Assembly: GCA_003222135.1 (NCBI GenBank)
Contig: QHUM01000052.1
Location: 5,335-69,334 of the forward strand
Direction: 5' to 3'
DNA: 64,000 nt
DNA from: Gemmatimonadota bacterium
GTDB taxonomy: Bacteria > Gemmatimonadota > Gemmatimonadetes > Gemmatimonadales > GWC2-71-9
Position numbers and translations under genes: made by a program. The notes below the pieces were generated by a model, which made no database searches, was not told where the DNA came from, and saw nothing but the letters and a program-made list of their open reading frames with translations. How positions within the stretch are numbered: position 1 is the first letter of the stretch; each line of letters starts with the position of its first letter. Of the stretch, positions 59,044 through 64,000 are shown in pieces.

Positions 59044-60000
59044 TCAGCGTCCCGTGAAGGTCAGGCCGAGGCGGTGCTGGCTGCTCAGCAGCTCCGAGCC
59101 CTGATAGGCATAGTCGAGCGACACCTGGTGGAAGCGCAGGCCCAGGCCGAGCGTCAGGGGCCGCTGGTCGAAGTCGCCGCCGGCGCGCGAGAGGTAGCCG
59201 ATCCGCGCGACCGCGAGCAGCCGGGTTGCGGGGTCCGCCACTCCGGCCTCCACGCCGCCGCCCAGTCGCCCCGGCGCCCCTCGGACCGCGGAGTAGTCCG
59301 CCGCCAGGAGGAGATGGACCCGCTCATGGCCGGGTCCTAGAGGACGGAGCTCGGCGCCGGCGCGCACCGTGCGGGGGAGCGGCGCGCCGAAGCCGCCGAC
59401 GTCCACCCGGCCGCCCAAGTACTGCACGCTCGCCCCGACCACGAGCTTCGACGACAGCCGGCCGCGCACGCCGGCCGAGACGCTCGCCGCGCCACCCGAC
59501 GCCTCGGCGAGCGTGGTCGCGTAATAGTTCACGGCCGCGCCCACGCTCGCGTGCCCTACCTCGACGGCGCCGACCAGCGCAAACGCCTGCTCGTTCGCCG
59601 AGAGGCGCTGTCCCGTGGTCGTGCCGCGCCCGCCGCAGCCGTTGCATACCACTTCGTCGACGCTGCCGAGATCGAGATACCGGATGCCGAGCGCGAGACC
59701 CACCGCGTGCAGCCGCACGCCAAGCGCCATCGAGCCCGCCTTCGACCCCTCGAACAGGGTCTGGCCGGCGAGCTGCGCCTCGAGGTGCTGCACCGTCACG
59801 GCGCCCGCGGGATTGGCGAAGATGCTCGTGACCCCGGCAGCCGCCGCGAGCGCGCCCCCCAACGCGGCCGCTCGGGGCGTGGTCGTGAGCTGCAGGATCG
59901 GCGCGCCGGCCTCCCCGTTGGAGCGATCGATCGTCTGCGCGGGCGCGGCGGCCGGCGCGGCGGTCAGGGCCAGAGCGACGAGAGCGGGACCCGGTTTCAT
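59044..60000 (-). CDS. PorV/PorQ-like outer-membrane beta-barrel protein
   Basis: Signal MKPGPALVALALTAAPAAAPAQ. The N-terminal block ...TTTPRAAALGGALAAAAGVTSIFANPAGA matches my recollection of the PorV/PorQ signature (ARaaAmGGA...NPAG). Alternating beta-strand pattern ends in ...HRLGLTFTGR. Starts 10 nt after the S8 peptidase stop. Confidence 0.6.
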   Translation of the reverse strand: MKPGPALVALALTAAPAAAPAQTIDRSNGEAGAPILQLTTTPRAAALGGALAAAAGVTSIFANPAGAVTVQHLEAQLAGQTLFEGSKAGSMALGVRLHAVGLALGIRYLDLGSVDEVVCNGCGGRGTTTGQRLSANEQAFALVGAVEVGHASVGAAVNYYATTLAEASGGAASVSAGVRGRLSSKLVVGASVQYLGGRVDVGGFGAPLPRTVRAGAELRPLGPGHERVHLLLAADYSAVRGAPGRLGGGVEAGVADPATRLLAVARIGYLSRAGGDFDQRPLTLGLGLRFHQVSLDYAYQGSELLSSQHRLGLTFTGR

Positions 60001-60010
60001 GTCGACTGCC

Positions 60011-62806
60011 TCAGCGTGCGGGACTCAGGATCATGAGGCGCTGTCGCACGACCTGCGAGCCGGTGTTCACGACCAGGATGTACATCCCATTTGGCAGGCC
60101 GGGCGACTCGCCGCGCACATCCCACGTGAAGCCGTTCACCGGGAGGGCGCTGAAATCCCGCACCCGCAGCCCCGCGAAGTTGTACAGCGCAATCGAGCGC
60201 GGAATCGAGTCGTAGCTGAAGATCACCCGGCCGCTGCGGACGGGATTCTCCGACACGAGAATCGCTTCGCCTTGCAGCAGCGACGCCCGGCCGAAGTGGC
60301 TCGCCACCGGCGCCGGAATGATCGCTTTGGCGCGGCGCGCCGACGGCGTCCCCGTGCCGAGCACCGTGCTCACGTGCAGACCGAGCGAGTCTCCCTGGCG
60401 CAGGTGATCGTTCACCCTGACGGCGAGCAGGTAGGTGAGCCGGCCCCCCGAGGGGAGACTCGAGCTCAGACCGGTGAAGCTCGGCGTGGCGCCGCTGGCG
60501 AACGGCGCGGGCACCACCACGAGCGGCGGCCCCGGCGGGATCGCGCCGCCTCCGGTCGAATCGCGGTATAGATCGAGCTCCGTCACGAAGTCGCTCAGCG
60601 CATGATTGCTCACTCCGGTAACCCTGATCGTGTCGAGCTGCACCCCCTCGACCGGCCACGCCGTGACGACGAACTGGAGGGCGGGGTTGGCCCCGATGCG
60701 CAACCGCTGGCCGGTGGGCGAGGTCGTCCCCGGCATCACCGTCAAAGCGGCCGGTACCTGGGCGAGCGCCGCCTGCACATCCAGTTTGCCCGCGCCCCAA
60801 GACGCGTTGGGCGATCCGCTCGACACGCCGGACCCCGTCTCGTACGACGTGGCGGTGAAGCCGTCCTGCCGGGCGGTCCCCGTTAAGACCGTGCGCACCT
60901 GCTCGGGCGTCAGGTCGGACCGGCGCTCCAGCAGCAGGGCGATTGACCCGGTCACCATCGGCGTGGACATCGAGGTGCCGCTGAACAGCACGTGCGTGCC
61001 GTCGGTGGCGAGCAGCGCGCCCGGAGCCGGCGGAGTGCTGGTGCTCGAGTAAACCGAGAACACCCCTTTGCCGGGAGCGGAGAGCTCCGGCTTCGGCCGC
61101 GACGGCAGGCTGTCGCGCACGGGGCGGGTGGGTCCGGAAGATGAGAATGTCGCGAGGTCCCCCACCTGCTCGCGCACAAGGAACTGGAAGCGGCCGGCCT
61201 GCGCCGTCCAATTGACCCGGTTCACGTGGGCGGCCACGGTAATGGCGCGGGCGGCGTTGCCCGGAGAGCCCACGAGATACCCGTTGTCGCCACCGCTCGA
61301 GATCTGCGAGTTGCCCAGGCTCGAGCTGGTGGCGTATTCCCACAGGTCGAACCGGCCCGAGCCCCCGCGCTGGTCGAGCCGCAGCGTGATCACCCAGCGT
61401 CCCGGGGCGGGCGGCTGGGTGGGATCCCCGTCGTACATCTCGATTTCGCCCTGCCGGTCGCCGTTCTGCCCCGATGGTCCGCCGGCTGCGTTGTAAATGA
61501 AGATGCGGCCCTGCGCGGCGTCGCTCGAGTCGACGGGGTCCCCCGTGCGCCGCGAGAACGTGGTGCCGTCCGGGCGCCGCACGGTGACGGTGATGGAATC
61601 GCGTCCGTCGTACCACAGCGTGAACAGCATGAAGTCGTTCTGGTCCCCCGTGGCGGGCGTGTACGGGGGCACCGTGTCGCCGATCTGCGCCGTGTCCCCC
61701 ACGGCCGCGAGCGTGCGGGTCGCGTGCACTAGGAAGAACGGCGTGTTGCCGGTCGTGGCGGTGGGGTTACTGCCGTCGTTCCCGGCGGCGATCACGACGA
61801 TGTGCCCGGGCCCGGACAGGGCGTCGATCGCTTGTTCTTCTGCTTCGGTGCCGTCGTGCGGTCCGAACAGCGTGCCGAGGCTCAGGTTCACGACTGCCGG
61901 CCGGCCGAGCTGGTCGGCGCGGGCGAAGATGTACTGGAGGCCCGAAATGATGTCGAGCGTCGAAAAGCCGAAGTCACCGCCTTTCACGGCGATGATGTCC
62001 GCTTCCGGCGCCACCCCCGCGTACTGGAACGCGCTCCCGCTCGAGCCGTCTCCCGCGGCGATGCCGGCGACGTGCGAGCCGTGCGCTGCGACGTCGTGCT
62101 CGGTACAGCTCCTGGCGTTGATCACAGCGGCGCTGCACTCGTTACCACCCGTGAAATCCACCCCGCCGATGGTGCCGGGCGCCGTGCCGGTCGTCGTCAG
62201 GTCCCAGATGTAGAGAATCCGCGTGGTGCCGTCGGGGTTTTGGAAGTCTGGGTGCGACCAGTCGATGCCCGTGTCGAACACGCCCACGATCACCCCGCTG
62301 CCGGTCGCCCCGGTGAAGACCCCGTTGCTCACGGTCCGAACCTGGCTCGCCCGGATGTCTTGCATCGCCAGGTCGTTGGTGGGCTTTACCCGGCGGGCGG
62401 CCTGCACGTACCGCACCCGCCCGTCGGCGCGCAGTGCGGAAAGCGCCGACAGTGGGACGCGTGCGCCCAGCAGACTGCCGACTCGCGCGACGACGCGACC
62501 GCCCAGGGCCTCGATCATGTCGGGCGACGGTCCGGTCAGCGACACGAATACGTCCACCAGCGTCTGGGTCAGGCCCGGCTCGCGACGCAACACGAGAAGG
62601 TCGGCGAGCGACCGGCGCAGTGCGGGACCGACCCCGGCGATGCGAGGGGTCCGTTCGATCCGTGCCACGACGGCGGGATCGAGCAGCGGTCGCAACAGGG
62701 GGTCGAGTTTGTTGGCCTGCACCTGGGCGCTGGTGGCGCACGGCAGCGCAGCCGCGGCGAGCAGGCTGAGTACGAAGGCCGGAGGGACCGGGAGGGAGCG
62801 CGGCAC
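60011..62806 (-). CDS. S8-family (subtilisin-like) serine peptidase with C-terminal T9SS-type sorting domain
   Basis: Catalytic triad motifs VGVFDTGIDWSHPDF (Asp), HGSHVAGIAAG (His) and GTSMSTPMVTGSIALLL (Ser). The last ~80 aa, ...LVSENPVRSGRVIFSYDSIPRSIALYNFAGLRVRDFS...NGMYILVVNTGSQVVRQRLMIL, resemble the Por_Secre_tail/T9SS CTD. Confidence 0.92.
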   Translation of the reverse strand: MPRSLPVPPAFVLSLLAAAALPCATSAQVQANKLDPLLRPLLDPAVVARIERTPRIAGVGPALRRSLADLLVLRREPGLTQTLVDVFVSLTGPSPDMIEALGGRVVARVGSLLGARVPLSALSALRADGRVRYVQAARRVKPTNDLAMQDIRASQVRTVSNGVFTGATGSGVIVGVFDTGIDWSHPDFQNPDGTTRILYIWDLTTTGTAPGTIGGVDFTGGNECSAAVINARSCTEHDVAAHGSHVAGIAAGDGSSGSAFQYAGVAPEADIIAVKGGDFGFSTLDIISGLQYIFARADQLGRPAVVNLSLGTLFGPHDGTEAEEQAIDALSGPGHIVVIAAGNDGSNPTATTGNTPFFLVHATRTLAAVGDTAQIGDTVPPYTPATGDQNDFMLFTLWYDGRDSITVTVRRPDGTTFSRRTGDPVDSSDAAQGRIFIYNAAGGPSGQNGDRQGEIEMYDGDPTQPPAPGRWVITLRLDQRGGSGRFDLWEYATSSSLGNSQISSGGDNGYLVGSPGNAARAITVAAHVNRVNWTAQAGRFQFLVREQVGDLATFSSSGPTRPVRDSLPSRPKPELSAPGKGVFSVYSSTSTPPAPGALLATDGTHVLFSGTSMSTPMVTGSIALLLERRSDLTPEQVRTVLTGTARQDGFTATSYETGSGVSSGSPNASWGAGKLDVQAALAQVPAALTVMPGTTSPTGQRLRIGANPALQFVVTAWPVEGVQLDTIRVTGVSNHALSDFVTELDLYRDSTGGGAIPPGPPLVVVPAPFASGATPSFTGLSSSLPSGGRLTYLLAVRVNDHLRQGDSLGLHVSTVLGTGTPSARRAKAIIPAPVASHFGRASLLQGEAILVSENPVRSGRVIFSYDSIPRSIALYNFAGLRVRDFSALPVNGFTWDVRGESPGLPNGMYILVVNTGSQVVRQRLMILSPAR

Positions 62807-62857
62807 GGGGTTGGGTAAGATGGCGCCGCCCGGTCGAGGCAGGCAAGGGTCTGGCGC

Positions 62858-64000
62858 TTACTCGACGCGGGTCAACGCCTGCCTCACGCGCTCCTGCAGC
62901 GTCTTGAGCTGCCCCGTCAACCACCCCTCTTCGCGCATCCCTTCCGATCGAGTCGACGCCACCCATGCCGCCATGATGCCGGCGCGCTCGACGTAGCCGA
63001 CCACCTGTGTGGGGGCGTTCCGCCGCGCCACCGGCAGCGCGTCGACCTCGTACTCGAGCATCCTGGTCATGGCGTGCTCCAGCAGCTCGTCGGCGTATGC
63101 GACGAGGGGGGAGGGCTCGAGCGGTGCCGGCGGGTCGTGCACGGCCGGCTCCATCACGTCTTCGACTCGCAACAGGTGCAGCGGGTTGACACCGTACTCG
63201 CGCATCACGTGCTGGCCCCGCCGCGCCAGCTTCTCGGTGAGGATGGAGCGCTTCATCATCAGCACGGTCACGCCGGTGGCGGCCACGCAACCGATGACCA
63301 GACCGGGAACCGCCGCCAGGTCCCCCGTGAGCTCGAGCATCAGCACGATGGCGGTGAGCGGCATCTGCATCGTCCCGCCCACCAGCGACGCCATCCCGAT
63401 CATGGCCCACAGCCCGGGGTGGGGATTGTGAAGCCAGTGGGCCCCGAGCGCGCCGAGGGCGCCGCCCATGATGAGGAGCGGAGCGAGTACGCCGCCGGCC
63501 GTGCCGGAGCCGAGCGCGATTCCCCAGATCACGGCCTTCACGAGCAGCAACCCGACGAGAAACGCGCCCACCAGTCGGCCGTCGAGCAGATCGTGGATCA
63601 CGTCGTACCCCACACCCAACGCGCGCGGCTCGAGCAGGCCGCCCACGCCCACGAACAGGCCGCCGATGGCAGGCCACCACACCCAATGGACCGGGAGCCG
63701 GGCGAACGCGTCTTCCACGCCGTACAGCAGGGTGGTCACGAGCGTCGCCGCGGCGCCTGCCGCGAGGCCGACGGCCACGCTGCCGAGCAGGCTCGCCAGC
63801 GAGAGCGTCGAATGTGGGATCACCGGAAACAGCGGCCCGGCGCCCAGCAGCGGGATGCGGAGCACAGCCGCCACACCCGCGGCGCAGGCGACCGGGATGA
63901 AGCTCCGGGGCTTCCACTCGAACAGCAGCAGCTCGACCGCGAGCAGCACCGCCGCGACGGGCGTCGCGAAGATGGCCGCCATGCCGCCCGCCGAGCCGGC
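62858..64000 (-). CDS. ClC-family voltage-gated chloride channel/antiporter with C-terminal CBS pair (5' end beyond window)
   Basis: The reading frame stays open to the window edge (...AGSAGGMAAIFATPVAAVLLAVELLL...). ClC motifs GxFxP-type (GGVLAPLLIMG) are present. A C-terminal CBS-like region is LLRVEDVMEP...VDALPVARR...VVGYVE. Confidence 0.88.
   Translation of the reverse strand, partial: AGSAGGMAAIFATPVAAVLLAVELLLFEWKPRSFIPVACAAGVAAVLRIPLLGAGPLFPVIPHSTLSLASLLGSVAVGLAAGAAATLVTTLLYGVEDAFARLPVHWVWWPAIGGLFVGVGGLLEPRALGVGYDVIHDLLDGRLVGAFLVGLLLVKAVIWGIALGSGTAGGVLAPLLIMGGALGALGAHWLHNPHPGLWAMIGMASLVGGTMQMPLTAIVLMLELTGDLAAVPGLVIGCVAATGVTVLMMKRSILTEKLARRGQHVMREYGVNPLHLLRVEDVMEPAVHDPPAPLEPSPLVAYADELLEHAMTRMLEYEVDALPVARRNAPTQVVGYVERAGIMAAWVASTRSEGMREEGWLTGQLKTLQERVRQALTRVE

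Overview
High-GC (roughly 68-70%), gene-dense chromosomal window with about 40 supported CDS and no rRNA, tRNA, CRISPR array, transposase or integrase that I could find. SusC/SusD pairs, a T9SS-type C-terminal sorting domain and many FG-GAP/ASPIC proteins at this GC suggest a Gemmatimonadota-like (FCB-group) bacterium; this is inference only. The window is dominated by three SusC/SusD-type outer-membrane uptake loci (2347-5349/437-2308; 28795-34021; 48075-52852). They are interleaved with glycoside hydrolases (GH3, GH97, GH37 trehalase, GH15), a YdjC-type deacetylase and an SLC45-like sugar symporter. Also embedded are four large FG-GAP/VCBS + ASPIC/UnbV (CRTAC1-family) proteins and two plug-domain-only lipoproteins. 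Remaining genes are housekeeping or accessory: ATP-dependent DNA ligase, GGDEF cyclase, DinB, MsrB, amidase, cupin, Rieske oxygenase, two MFS transporters, S9 and S8 peptidases, a PorV-like barrel and a ClC channel. Most ORF-track N-termini are over-extended because the longest ATG/GTG/TTG ORF is reported, so I trimmed them using signal peptides, RBS and stop/start overlaps. Several operon junctions use 4-nt GTGA start/stop overlaps (18076-18079, 26904-26907, 37370-37373). The long antisense ORFs are typical high-GC artefacts. Most interesting observations: (1) An AhpD/CMD-family gene has a single in-frame TGA exactly at the second Cys of its CxxCxxxH motif, followed by an fdhF-like GGUC-loop hairpin, making it a candidate CxxU selenoprotein. 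(2) A roughly 58-nt double-hairpin REP-like element with TTCA loops occurs three times, and two copies bracket that AhpD-like operon. (3) CRTAC1-family lipoproteins are repeatedly and tightly embedded in SusCD/alpha-glucoside loci, one of them coupled to an RnfD/NqrB-like membrane protein. (4) Stable repeat-built hairpins sit at the 5' ends of two CRTAC1 paralogs. (5) There are free lipid-anchored TonB-receptor plug domains. No transcription regulator other than the GGDEF protein lies within the 64 kb.
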